26,006 nt of DNA, taken from positions 1 to 26,006 of the forward strand of contig CBDHHL010000027.1 of NCBI GenBank assembly GCA_965263355.1. Direction: 5' to 3'. Position numbers and translations under genes: made by a program. Position 1 is the first letter of the stretch, and the number at the start of each line of letters is the position of its first letter. This stretch comes from Leptolyngbyaceae cyanobacterium (GTDB lineage: Bacteria > Cyanobacteriota > Cyanobacteriia > Phormidesmidales > Phormidesmidaceae). Shown here in pieces: positions 17,040 to 25,595 of the stretch. The notes under the pieces are model-generated. The model did no database searches. It worked only from the letters and a program-made list of their open reading frames with translations, and was not told where the DNA came from.

Positions 17040-17127
17040 AATCTTCCCATGTACGCGTGGGTTTGTCTCCAGGTGCAACAGTGACTGTGGTGAGTAAGAT
17101 TTGAAATCTTCCCATGTACGCGTGGGT
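17035..17127 (+). repeat. Two identical 28-bp direct repeats, 37-bp spacer
   Basis: TTTGAAATCTTCCCATGTACGCGTGGGT at 17035-17062 and 17100-17127. Confidence 0.9.
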
Positions 17128-17166
17128 GATGTGACAGTAACATGTGCCACTTTCTTGAAAAATCCC

Positions 17167-17195
17167 TTGACACCCATGTGCACATGGGATATTAT
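17167..17195 (+). promoter_or_regulatory. Sigma70-type promoter with palindromic operator between -35 and -10
   Basis: TTGACA-17 bp-TATTAT; the spacer holds the perfect palindrome CCCATGTGCACATGGG (17173-17188). Confidence 0.8.
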
Positions 17196-17201
17196 ATACA
17201 T

Positions 17202-17437
17202 ATACCGCAAAGGGGAGCGGACATTGAGGCGATAAAAAGCCGATTGAACCTGCGGGGCACCGCTCCCCTGAGGCTATCGGGACACCAAATCTGGCAGAGG
17301 TGGATAAATTAAAACGGCCAGTCGTCAGTGCGGTTACAACTGGGGTCAACAGCGTACGGCCCATACAAACCCGCTAGAAAACCCCGTGAGGCAGTCTGAG
17401 AGGACAATGGCCCTCACGGGGTTCTCTTTTGCTTTTT
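17202..17437 (+). ncRNA. Candidate structured small RNA (~230 nt)
   Basis: Bounded by the promoter and a terminator-like stem; GC-rich; 10-bp stem 17211-17220/17260-17269; no convincing ORF. Confidence 0.45.
17380..17437 (+). terminator. Terminator-like stem-loop
   Basis: AACCCCGTGAGG (17380-91)/CCTCACGGGGTT (17412-23) followed by CTCTTTTGCTTTTT. Confidence 0.6.
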
Positions 17438-17451
17438 GCGGCATATCGGAC

Positions 17452-17631
17452 ATGAGAAAAGACACACGATTTCAGCCAGAAGGGAAAAATGTAGCTGCAA
17501 AGGCGAGTCAGTCTGTCGGAATTCGTTTCCCGGTAGAAATCATCGAGGCTTTGCAGGCTGTTCCCGGTGGTAGGCAGGAGTATGTACGAAAGGCTGTTTT
17601 GGACGCGCTAAAAGCCGATGGCTTGATCTGA
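17452..17631 (+). CDS. Small ribbon-helix-helix/CopG-like DNA-binding protein
   Basis: VGIRFPVEIIEALQAVPGGRQEYVRKAVLDAL: beta-strand plus two helices. Confidence 0.65.
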   Translation: MRKDTRFQPEGKNVAAKASQSVGIRFPVEIIEALQAVPGGRQEYVRKAVLDALKADGLI

Positions 17632-17654
17632 CCTGGCTACTATTAAAGTTTTTG

Positions 17655-17915
17655 ATGAAACTTATATTTTGTCCAAAATGCGAAGACATCAGAGCTTTGG
17701 CCTATGAACTTCGTTATTGCTCCTGTGCCAGCTCTTGGGGTTACTATCGACGCGATGGACTAAACGCTGTTATTGGTGGTAAGGCTATCCCGTTGGGGTT
17801 AAATAATCAAAGCTTCGTTAAGGCACTCAAAAATAGGCCAGCGCAAGGTCTAGGCCAACGGTTTGAAGCATTCGTTATTCCTGAAAATTGTCCTACATTG
17901 ATGGATGAAGGCTAA
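17655..17915 (+). CDS. Hypothetical zinc-ribbon-like phage protein
   Basis: CPKC...CSC. Confidence 0.65.
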   Translation: MKLIFCPKCEDIRALAYELRYCSCASSWGYYRRDGLNAVIGGKAIPLGLNNQSFVKALKNRPAQGLGQRFEAFVIPENCPTLMDEG

Positions 17916-17953
17916 AGCTCTACATTCAGCCATTCGATCTCGCGACTTGCAGC

Positions 17954-18181
17954 CTATTTATCTGAATTGGCTAACGGCAAATCTACCAGGTTCACCCAAT
18001 CACTTGGGTTAAAATCAGCATCTTCTGCCTTAATAAGGCGAATCATCAGCGAGCCACCCTGGGTCTCTAGCACCAAAGATAGACCGTTGCCCCCAAATAA
18101 TTCATCCAGCTCCCTTAGAAACGCTTTGAGCCATAGGTCTTGTATTTCTTGAGTGATTTGCTGCTTACTCATCTTTCCCAT
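17954..18181 (-). CDS. Hypothetical protein
   Basis: Last gene of a minus-strand operon. Confidence 0.55.
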   Translation of the reverse strand: MGKMSKQQITQEIQDLWLKAFLRELDELFGGNGLSLVLETQGGSLMIRLIKAEDADFNPSDWVNLVDLPLANSDK

Positions 18182-18492
18182 GTCTCCGAGATGATTCTGT
18201 TCTCTCTTCTAGTCAAGAAGCCCGTGCTTCTAACTTCTTCAAGCGTGGTTAACTCACTAAGCGCATCCCCAGGCAGCAGACATTCGCCAATTGAAACCTG
18301 GGTTTTAGTGACATGGGCCTCTACGTCAGTCCCAATCAGGCCACTCAAGCAAGAAGCAAACGCCCAAGCATTCCCTCTTTGCGTTGATTCAGCAGTGATA
18401 ATCAACAAACTGTTTGATTTTCGTAAAACGATTTCTAGTTTGGTTGAGCATTCGGTGGATTCTGCTTTCAATTCTTTCAATACATAAGTCAT
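18169..18492 (-). CDS. Hypothetical protein
   Basis: ORF in the minus-strand operon. Confidence 0.55.
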   Translation of the reverse strand: MTYVLKELKAESTECSTKLEIVLRKSNSLLIITAESTQRGNAWAFASCLSGLIGTDVEAHVTKTQVSIGECLLPGDALSELTTLEEVRSTGFLTRRENRIISETWER

Positions 18493-18613
18493 GGCTTAAA
18501 AACTTGAATTAAATATCTGTTCAGCCTGTTTATTTACTTTTGCGATCGCTTGCAGCTTAACCAAATTCATCGTCTTTTTGCACGGTTTTAATTTTCTTGA
18601 GCGAACCAATGGT

Positions 18614-18922
18614 TTATTTTTTATCATTTTCACCCGGTAAAGACTGCTTGATCTGGCCAATAATTTGTCTTTGAGTTTTTAGCGCATCTATGATAGCGGC
18701 TTCAGTGCGCCTCTTAGCCTCATCAACAAAATCTTTTTCCACCCTAGAGAACCGATTTGAGTTCTCGAATAACTCGTCTAGCATCTTCAGCGCCATGCCA
18801 ATTGTGATTTCTTCCGGCCAATCGAAAGTAGAAACGGCGAACGCATACACTCCCAACGCATTTGTTAGCTGGGCGATGGTGGCAGCGGTTAGGTCTTGGC
18901 GCAATTCTTCTAGGTTATTCAT
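18614..18922 (-). CDS. Hypothetical helical protein
   Basis: Probable start MNNLEELRQ overlapping the upstream stop. Confidence 0.6.
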   Translation of the reverse strand: MNNLEELRQDLTAATIAQLTNALGVYAFAVSTFDWPEEITIGMALKMLDELFENSNRFSRVEKDFVDEAKRRTEAAIIDALKTQRQIIGQIKQSLPGENDKK

Positions 18923-19130
18923 AGTTATTTTTTTCTCTTGGATGTGACGCGACATTATCTAAATACTTTTGATATTCAGAACTATACAGATAATTCCTGA
19001 GCAACGTGATCGCTGCTGATGTTGGCGAATCGACTCCAGCCAACGTCATATAGGAACGAATGGCGGCTGCCATGCCTGGATCAATTATGCCTTGGATGCG
19101 AAGCGTCTTGTCCGATTCATTCGTTCCCAT
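18915..19130 (-). CDS. Putative ribbon-helix-helix regulator
   Basis: LRIQGIIDPGMAAAIRSYMTLAGVDSPTSAAITLLRNYL; divergent from 19181 across 50 bp. Confidence 0.55.
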   Translation of the reverse strand: MGTNESDKTLRIQGIIDPGMAAAIRSYMTLAGVDSPTSAAITLLRNYLYSSEYQKYLDNVASHPREKNNYE

Positions 19131-19180
19131 ATTAGTATAGATTGAGTTAAACTAAGCTGAATTCAGTATCAATTAAGTGT

Positions 19181-19633
19181 ATGCTAGACCAGAGGCTTCA
19201 GCAACTTGGCGTCATTACGGACCTAACTAAGGTAAAGCCCGAAGATGTAACGGCAATGGCTCAGTCTGCTGAGCTAGCAAAAGTACAGGCTCAGTATGCC
19301 ACCGTTTACGCTAGGGCTGTTAAATCTAAGCTCAGATCTATCTCTAAAACGGTTAAAACCCAGGCTGATTTATATAAGACAGCTGACGAGCAACTTAGAG
19401 AAATTGACAAACAAAAATTACAAATGCTGAAGTCTGTCCTAGGCCATCAAGGGCATATGACCACTATGGAGGCCAAGGCAGAAACTGTTAAGCAGCTATC
19501 CCAAGCTAAAGCGGCTAGTGATGTTGAAGTTGAGCAGACAAAGCGTCAGAGGCTGTTAATTGAGCTAGGCAGAAAACATCACAAGCGGTTGCAGGGCGGG
19601 AAACAAAAAGGATTGAGGAGATTATTTAGCTAA
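19181..19633 (+). CDS. Coiled-coil hypothetical protein
   Basis: Helical, K/Q/A-rich; first gene of the ATPase operon. Confidence 0.7.
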   Translation: MLDQRLQQLGVITDLTKVKPEDVTAMAQSAELAKVQAQYATVYARAVKSKLRSISKTVKTQADLYKTADEQLREIDKQKLQMLKSVLGHQGHMTTMEAKAETVKQLSQAKAASDVEVEQTKRQRLLIELGRKHHKRLQGGKQKGLRRLFS

Positions 19634-20043
19634 TGGATTTACAACAACAATTATTCAACGCACAACCGCCATTACAGGCACCACAGTTAACCGTATGGGG
19701 CCGCTCCCGTCGTGCATGCCTTTATGTAGGGATGGCATCGCTTAGTTGCTTTTTGACACAGCTGGCTAGGACTATGCCGCCTATTGCCCCTGTGATTGGT
19801 ATCGCTATGGGAGCTAGCGCGATCGCGTTATTGGCATGGGCGGCACTAACGCCAGGTGATCAACGATTGTCTATTACTTTGGCGGGCTTGGCTAAATTGT
19901 CAGGGATTGCATTAGGGTCTTGGGATGCTGCTGAAATATTGCAGTTAGTCGGGCTTAAGCACTGGGTAGCAATTGTAGTTATCGGAATTATTGGAGCATT
20001 TGTATTTTTGAGCGAGGGCCGGAACAATGGACGGAAGGATTAA
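19633..20043 (+). CDS. Membrane protein (~4 TM)
   Basis: Several hydrophobic stretches. Confidence 0.7.
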   Translation: MDLQQQLFNAQPPLQAPQLTVWGRSRRACLYVGMASLSCFLTQLARTMPPIAPVIGIAMGASAIALLAWAALTPGDQRLSITLAGLAKLSGIALGSWDAAEILQLVGLKHWVAIVVIGIIGAFVFLSEGRNNGRKD

Positions 20044-21238
20044 AGCTGCAATCGTTGGGGCCGCGTCGATTAGCCTCACTCTTTTAGCAGGTGTAGGGCG
20101 GCTAGAACCCACGTATACCCTGCAGGATGGACAGCGGGTCAGTTCATGGGCTGTTGCTCAATCGACTAATAAACAAGTTATCGACGTTAGCCCTAGCTAT
20201 GGCTGGCTAAAGATTATCGCCTCTGCAGCTGGGTTCGGTATGGCAACATGGGCATTTTTTCTGGTTGGCAAAGCTGAGGAGTTTGAAGAAACCAGGCTGG
20301 CGACTCAAGCTGTAATTTTAGACGCTGAAGTTCAACAGCAACAATTAATTACTGCGAGTGAATTAGAGGCGATGAAGCCTGTTGCCGAGTCAGCAGCCGC
20401 GACAAAAGCTGAAGCTAAATTAGCTGAATTATCAGTCAAAGGAGCTATGGCACTGCCTAAGGTTCAAGCCGAACCCGCAGCTAAACCGACTGAAAGGACG
20501 AAGCCAACCGCATTTTTAACATTATTAAAATCGCCATTCATCTCTAGAGCCATCTTTGGAGGACAGAGAACGGGCAAAAGTTACCTGGCAGCTTGTGCTT
20601 CACTCGCGTTACATCGGCTGCAGCAAACTAAAGTATTTCACATAAATCTATGCAGCTATGGCGAAGAAGAAGACGGCATATACTGGCAACACGCAAAATC
20701 TGTCCGCTGCGATTTATCCTCTGTCGATGCCAATACTGCCGTCAATAAAATTCAGGATGCGATCGCGTTAGTGCTGGAATGGTTTCAGGAACCGAACAGC
20801 TTATTAATATTTGACGAACTGGCTTACACGGGCTCAGTTAGCAATATCTATTCAGAGACACTAGATCAGTTGATGCATGTTGTCGCTGATAAAATTGCAA
20901 CTTTAACCAGTGCAGGCGCAAAAAGACAGCGGGCAATCTGGACGCTTGCGCCAGAGTTCACAGCAACGACCCTGGTAGATGATGCTAAGGCAGTGAAAAA
21001 ATTGAATCTTTGCTACGTCTCTGTATCGCCTACAGATTCTATCGAATGGAAAGGGCAGACCTTTACATTTGACAAGGGACTTTATGAACAAGTTGCCAGA
21101 AACTTCAAAGGCATTACAATGCCGCCCGTCTCCGCAGATTTAGCGGGCCATTCTCGCATCTGCTTTATCGACGGGTCTTGGATGCCGGTGGGCGTCGATC
21201 AGCACACATTAGCTAAGTACAGCGCCCAAAAGGTCTAA
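20027..21238 (+). CDS. Membrane-anchored P-loop ATPase, FtsK/HerA or coupling-protein-like
   Basis: Two N-terminal hydrophobic segments, helical linker, Walker A GGQRTGKS, Walker B LLIFDE. Confidence 0.75.
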   Translation: MDGRIKAAIVGAASISLTLLAGVGRLEPTYTLQDGQRVSSWAVAQSTNKQVIDVSPSYGWLKIIASAAGFGMATWAFFLVGKAEEFEETRLATQAVILDAEVQQQQLITASELEAMKPVAESAAATKAEAKLAELSVKGAMALPKVQAEPAAKPTERTKPTAFLTLLKSPFISRAIFGGQRTGKSYLAACASLALHRLQQTKVFHINLCSYGEEEDGIYWQHAKSVRCDLSSVDANTAVNKIQDAIALVLEWFQEPNSLLIFDELAYTGSVSNIYSETLDQLMHVVADKIATLTSAGAKRQRAIWTLAPEFTATTLVDDAKAVKKLNLCYVSVSPTDSIEWKGQTFTFDKGLYEQVARNFKGITMPPVSADLAGHSRICFIDGSWMPVGVDQHTLAKYSAQKV

Positions 21239-21266
21239 CCGCGTGACACAACTAAATATTTTTTTC

Positions 21267-21298
21267 AGCCCATCTTTACCTAAAAAGATGGGCTTTTT
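21267..21298 (+). terminator. Intrinsic terminator
   Basis: AGCCCATCTTT-acctaa-AAAGATGGGCT followed by TTTT. Confidence 0.8.
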
Positions 21299-21489
21299 GC
21301 TGCAAATCTGAATTTTTTGTCCTTAACCCCTTACGAGGACCCTTTACAGCTTAGAACCCTTTCCAGTCAAAGAATTCACCCTAAGTCAGAATAATTCCGT
21401 GAAGCATGTTATACAACTAAAACGGTAGCGAATTATACAGAACAAGGCAAAGACATCGAGTGCATACCGCACGCACCAGAAATAAACCG

Positions 21490-21517
21490 TTGACAGGCTA
21501 GTTTTTACTGCTAAGAT
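21490..21517 (+). promoter_or_regulatory. Sigma70-type promoter
   Basis: TTGACA-16 bp-TAAGAT; overlapping inverted repeat TTACTGCT...AGCAGTAA. Confidence 0.5.
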
Positions 21518-21544
21518 ACTGACAGAAAGTCAAAAAGCAGTAAG

Positions 21545-21931
21545 ATGTTGCCTTGGTTGAGTGTTCAAAAAGTTGAATCGCCTTCTAACTTACTAACGCT
21601 AAGAGAAGCGGGGCAGCTTTTTGGTCGTTCGCATTCTGCCTTGGCTCAGGATTGCAAGTATTTGAAGATTGATGTTTCTAGGGTGAACTGCTCTAGCGGT
21701 TGCATTGATCGTCATGATGCTTGGATTTTGTATGCATTCCTGTGTTGGAAGCTTTGGAAGTCAAGTTGCAATCCATGCTGGCGAGGTGATCGCAAAGACT
21801 ACGCGATTGATTGCCCTACTGATGAGACAAAGCTGGGATATGTGGATCTAGTCGGTGGGTCACGCGATGATCTTGAAAGTCGCTTCGAGCAAGCATTAGT
21901 TGAAAAAAGAAAACGATTATTGGGAGAATGA
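21545..21931 (+). CDS. Putative HTH DNA-binding protein
   Basis: LLTLREAGQLFGRSHSALAQDC is HTH-like. Confidence 0.6.
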   Translation: MLPWLSVQKVESPSNLLTLREAGQLFGRSHSALAQDCKYLKIDVSRVNCSSGCIDRHDAWILYAFLCWKLWKSSCNPCWRGDRKDYAIDCPTDETKLGYVDLVGGSRDDLESRFEQALVEKRKRLLGE

Positions 21932-22299
21932 TAATGAGTGAATTTCAGGCAAAACCTAAGAACAGCGCGCTAGCTACTGCTAACGCCGTTCAAAACAATG
22001 AAATTGAACGGCGCACTAAAAAGCGTAGTACTGCCAAGTTGGACGGTACTCAGGCCGCAAAGAATATCAAGACTGAGGTGTCTGCTCCGGTTACGCCAGA
22101 GCAAATTGCTATCTCCAACGCAACTGCATGGAAAGCGGCTACAGCTAATGCCTACTTAAAAGAGATGAATACAGCTGCACAAGACGTTGTGCACTTTATG
22201 GAAGAGGTGAATGCGCAAGTAGCAGATATGCTTATTACCTCCGTTCAGGATGCATATGCGCCTATTGCCGAAGATCTATTAGTGGTTGAGGAAGGCTAG
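21928..22299 (+). CDS. Hypothetical helical protein
   Basis: Coupled ORF. Confidence 0.65.
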   Translation: MIMSEFQAKPKNSALATANAVQNNEIERRTKKRSTAKLDGTQAAKNIKTEVSAPVTPEQIAISNATAWKAATANAYLKEMNTAAQDVVHFMEEVNAQVADMLITSVQDAYAPIAEDLLVVEEG

Positions 22300-22303
22300 G
22301 AAG

Positions 22304-22591
22304 ATGTCAAATATCGTCAGGGCTGAACAGCAGCCTATTACGACAATCAAAATTACCAGCCCTGACGGCACTTGTTTTGAGTACGAAGGGGATGCAACCG
22401 AGGCTTCACTTATCCTCAGTCAGGTGCAAAAAAAGTCTTTATTGTCCAATAGGTTAAAAGAGTATCAGTCATTGTTTATAGCGGCTATTTTTGCACTGCT
22501 GTCTATGTGGCTTTTGCTTTGGACGGTTAGAGTACCACGACAACAGCAACCACAGCCTTACTCTCGGTTGGAGGTGAGCCATGTCAGTTGA
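22304..22591 (+). CDS. Single-TM membrane protein
   Basis: LFIAAIFALLSMWLLLW; probable start MSNIVRAE. Confidence 0.65.
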   Translation: MSNIVRAEQQPITTIKITSPDGTCFEYEGDATEASLILSQVQKKSLLSNRLKEYQSLFIAAIFALLSMWLLLWTVRVPRQQQPQPYSRLEVSHVS

Positions 22592-22868
22592 TCCGTTTAA
22601 CTATGGCAATCTCCCAGGTTGGACTGCTACTACTGCTGAAAAAACTATTAATATCACTGCTCAATCCATTGCCAAGCAACCTAAATATTTTTCATTAGCT
22701 TGCGGGGTGGGGGCTTGTTTCGGAGTATTGTTTTTAGCTCAGTTATTACTAGCGATCGCATCCGGTGACTTAAAGGGCTATCGGGCTCGCAGTATTGATA
22801 CAGCGTCAATGGCTAGCGGAGTAGGCGCGATCGTGTTGGGCGTAGTGGTTTGGAGAAAACAACAGTGA
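22581..22868 (+). CDS. Two-TM membrane protein
   Basis: GGAGGTG RBS; two hydrophobic segments. Confidence 0.7.
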   Translation: MSVDPFNYGNLPGWTATTAEKTINITAQSIAKQPKYFSLACGVGACFGVLFLAQLLLAIASGDLKGYRARSIDTASMASGVGAIVLGVVVWRKQQ

Positions 22869-22917
22869 AAAGATTTTTGTTTTTAGCCTGCATGATGGGT
22901 ATGTATGCATTTGGAGG

Positions 22918-23292
22918 ATGGTCGGGATGGCAAGCACAGAAATACAAGTCAAATCCCAATCTGCTAATCGTCTTGTTAATGGAACAGGACAATTGGGAAT
23001 TACCTTGGCAGAGCAACAATTAACCATCCTCAAAGATTCGTACCATCAACGATACGAACAAGGCATAACTAATTTTTGGCAGACTCAAGTATATATGTCA
23101 GAAGAAGGTGGTGAAGAGCTGGCCGCGTTAAAACTTGAAGCTCAAAGGCAGTTCGCAATCAAAGTTTTTAGGACTGTTTTATTGTTAGGCGTCCCCTGTG
23201 GGTTAGTTGGCGCTTGGGGATTTGGGATTGTAGTAGGCGTTATTTTGTTTGTTTGTTCGATTTTTTTAGGAATTTATTTTGGAGCTAAATGA
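22918..23292 (+). CDS. Membrane protein (C-terminal TM pair)
   Basis: Hydrophobic C-terminus; GGAGG near the start. Confidence 0.6.
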   Translation: MVGMASTEIQVKSQSANRLVNGTGQLGITLAEQQLTILKDSYHQRYEQGITNFWQTQVYMSEEGGEELAALKLEAQRQFAIKVFRTVLLLGVPCGLVGAWGFGIVVGVILFVCSIFLGIYFGAK

Positions 23293-23438
23293 CCATGCCA
23301 CCAGAAGTCATTTTTGGATTCTTACTAGCAGGAATTCTGTGGACATTTTTCCCTGATGGACCAGGCGGTCGTAATGGCGGTCAAGAAAGAATGTCGCAAG
23401 ATCAAATTGAGATGATAAAGAGGATGAAGGGTCATTGA
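23289..23438 (+). CDS. Small single-TM protein (49 aa), not in ORF track
   Basis: MTMPPEVIFGFLLAGILWTFFPDGPGG...DQIEMIKRMKGH; ATGA and TGATG coupling on both sides. Confidence 0.6.
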   Translation: MTMPPEVIFGFLLAGILWTFFPDGPGGRNGGQERMSQDQIEMIKRMKGH

Positions 23439-24142
23439 TGAATTTTGAAAGCGAAAAAGAACTTCAATCATTTATTCATAGCTTTATTGGCGGGAAAAGA
23501 GAAGTAACTTTCTCTGACGGCTCCCGTGTTGACATCTTGACCAAGAAATATGCTATTGAAGTAAAGCCAAAACTGACTCGTTCTGCCTTGCTGCAAGCAT
23601 TGGGGCAGGCCACTATATATAGGACTAATTGCCCTGACAAAACTCATGTAGTGGCTGGCTTAACACCAAAAAGTAAATCAGACTCATATGCTACTGCTGC
23701 CAGGGTGGAAAAGTCTGGGACACAAGTTTGGTATGTAGATCAAATGCCTCAATTCATTGAACACTGGGATAATTCTTGTGCTATCAGCTCTAAGACGCAA
23801 GATCATACTTTTTCACAACCTGCAGATGATTCCTCAGAAGAAAGTATTTTTGATTTCCCTGACTGGGCTATAGCTGCTTTTGTTTGCATTTTCGGCTTAA
23901 TGCTTTTTGGTGGTGGATTTCAGTCGACAACCCAGCCTTCTGCTGATACTACTCCAGTTTTTTCTGAGCCCGTCATGGGTGCTACAGTCATAGACAGCAT
24001 CTCTAGTGAAGCTAACGTTAAAGTGAAGGATTGCGAAGGTAAGTTTGTCAAAATTCAGTACGGACAGCGCTCTGGATGGGTCAGGGATATCGAATTTGAT
24101 CGTCCAGTTTGTCGATCTCAAGGGCCGCAGTCAAAGCAATAA
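23438..24142 (+). CDS. PD-(D/E)XK nuclease - TM - SH3b-like fusion
   Basis: EKELQ..REVTFSDGSRVDILT..AIEVK..ALGQATIY; TM WAIAAFVCIFGLMLFG; VKVKDCEGKFVKIQYGQRSGWV. Confidence 0.75.
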   Translation: MNFESEKELQSFIHSFIGGKREVTFSDGSRVDILTKKYAIEVKPKLTRSALLQALGQATIYRTNCPDKTHVVAGLTPKSKSDSYATAARVEKSGTQVWYVDQMPQFIEHWDNSCAISSKTQDHTFSQPADDSSEESIFDFPDWAIAAFVCIFGLMLFGGGFQSTTQPSADTTPVFSEPVMGATVIDSISSEANVKVKDCEGKFVKIQYGQRSGWVRDIEFDRPVCRSQGPQSKQ

Positions 24143-24204
24143 GCCGATGATAGTGATGGACAGAAAAGACCAAATTGAAATAATGCGACGTATGCGAGGT
24201 GATC

Positions 24205-24585
24205 ATGAAGCACTTTAAGGTCCAAGGCTACGACTCAGATAACAATCGCCACGTGGTAGATGTCATTGCTAACGCGCCATTAAAAACAGATGACATATCC
24301 TGGGTGACGAGCATCAAAAATGAATTAACTAGTCAGCAGAGCGATCTCTGGCTAACTCTGTTTATTAGCTCTAGCAGTCAAAAAACTTTCATTGATAAAC
24401 AAATCTTTGTCAATGAAATCAAAGCAATGCAACAGTTAATGGCCGACGAAACAGGGGAGGCTATCAGCCCAGAGCGAGCACGAAGAAAGCTTTACTGGGA
24501 AGTCATTCAGGCTATTTCTGATCCCATTGATGCCATTAAAGATGAAGACATTTCACACTTACCAACGGTTGAGCCTTCACTATGA
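24205..24585 (+). CDS. Hypothetical protein
   Basis: GAGGTG RBS before the ATG at 24205. Confidence 0.6.
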   Translation: MKHFKVQGYDSDNNRHVVDVIANAPLKTDDISWVTSIKNELTSQQSDLWLTLFISSSSQKTFIDKQIFVNEIKAMQQLMADETGEAISPERARRKLYWEVIQAISDPIDAIKDEDISHLPTVEPSL

Positions 24586-24854
24586 TCGAAATCGCAGACG
24601 TAACAGATAATGAGGTTTATTATCCCTGTGGTTATTTTGAGTCTTTAGAAGAAGCAAATGCTGCCATAGACTCTTATTTTCAAAAGCACGGCATACCACC
24701 AAATTTTGAGGCCACAGACGGATTCGTGATTAAGCTTGAACTAAGGAAGTTGCCTATCGGTTTAACAACTTCAAAAAACGTAGTTTCTCGACGCATTTGG
24801 ACGGAAGAATACGACTCAGAAAAAGATATCTATTACTGGTGTGAAAATATTTAA
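24582..24854 (+). CDS. Hypothetical acidic protein
   Basis: ATGA-coupled ORF. Confidence 0.6.
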   Translation: MIEIADVTDNEVYYPCGYFESLEEANAAIDSYFQKHGIPPNFEATDGFVIKLELRKLPIGLTTSKNVVSRRIWTEEYDSEKDIYYWCENI

Positions 24855-25281
24855 CTCTAATCGCACTGGCCATGTTACAGCCGCGATCGCTGTCGGCTGT
24901 AGCTTGCTTGGAGGTGCAATCGTTCTAAACTTGCCTTGGCAATTTTTCGTTACTGCCGCAACTATCCCACTGTGGGAATTATGGGGCACATGCGACAATG
25001 ACGTGAACTCTAGAAGTCTTAAAAAAGGCCGTTGGTATCGTCGTTTTTGGGTGTGGTGGTGGAAGGACTACGCCCTAACCGTTGCGCATCGTTCAAGGTT
25101 TAGTCATTCAATTATTCCTGGAACAATCATCAGATTGATTGTTAGTGGCTGGGTTTTCTTTCTAATTTGCAAACCTGACCTGTTAATTGCATTGCCTGTC
25201 TTGGCTGGATGTGTGATAGCGGATTGTGTGCATATGCTTAAAGATGGATACTGGCCTCAAGAAATTTTATTCGGGAGATGA
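24841..25281 (+). CDS. DUF2227-like metal-binding membrane protein
   Basis: GH, CDND (PDLD-like), W..Y....HRSRFSHSIIPGTIIRL, H...D. Confidence 0.7.
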   Translation: MKIFNSNRTGHVTAAIAVGCSLLGGAIVLNLPWQFFVTAATIPLWELWGTCDNDVNSRSLKKGRWYRRFWVWWWKDYALTVAHRSRFSHSIIPGTIIRLIVSGWVFFLICKPDLLIALPVLAGCVIADCVHMLKDGYWPQEILFGR

Positions 25282-25285
25282 GATA

Positions 25286-25468
25286 ATGACACCTATTTTC
25301 TTGAATTCGAATTCAATTAAGCTCATGGCTGAATGCCGTGATGCTGCTGAAAGAATCGTCTACAGAATGGACAATCGCGACTTTGCAGAACGCACCACAG
25401 AAAAAGATCAACAGGTTCATGAAGTGATGCTTGCTTTATTCAATGCGCAAATCAACAAAAACAAATAA
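25286..25468 (+). CDS. Hypothetical protein
   Basis: Probable start MTPIFLN after GGAG/GAGA. Confidence 0.5.
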   Translation: MTPIFLNSNSIKLMAECRDAAERIVYRMDNRDFAERTTEKDQQVHEVMLALFNAQINKNK

Positions 25469-25595
25469 TTCACAGCAACCGCCCACGATCGCGCCGTCCG
25501 ACCGAATACAAAGCCAGTCGCCACCACTGCCGACAAACCAAAATAAGTCTTTTTTAAGAAACCTGCATTGCCTGACTATCCTGTGGCGATGCAGG

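Noticed and set aside
17035..17127. Bona fide CRISPR array
   Set aside because: Only two repeats, no cas genes, and the spacer is a diverged copy of adjacent coding sequence; kept as a repeat and a finding.
16827..17364. Three overlapping minus-strand ORFs with repeated peptides
   Set aside because: They arise from the DNA repeats and lie antisense to genes and a promoter.
20027..21238. Terminase or VirB4
   Set aside because: Has N-terminal TMs, no nuclease domain, and is too short for VirB4.
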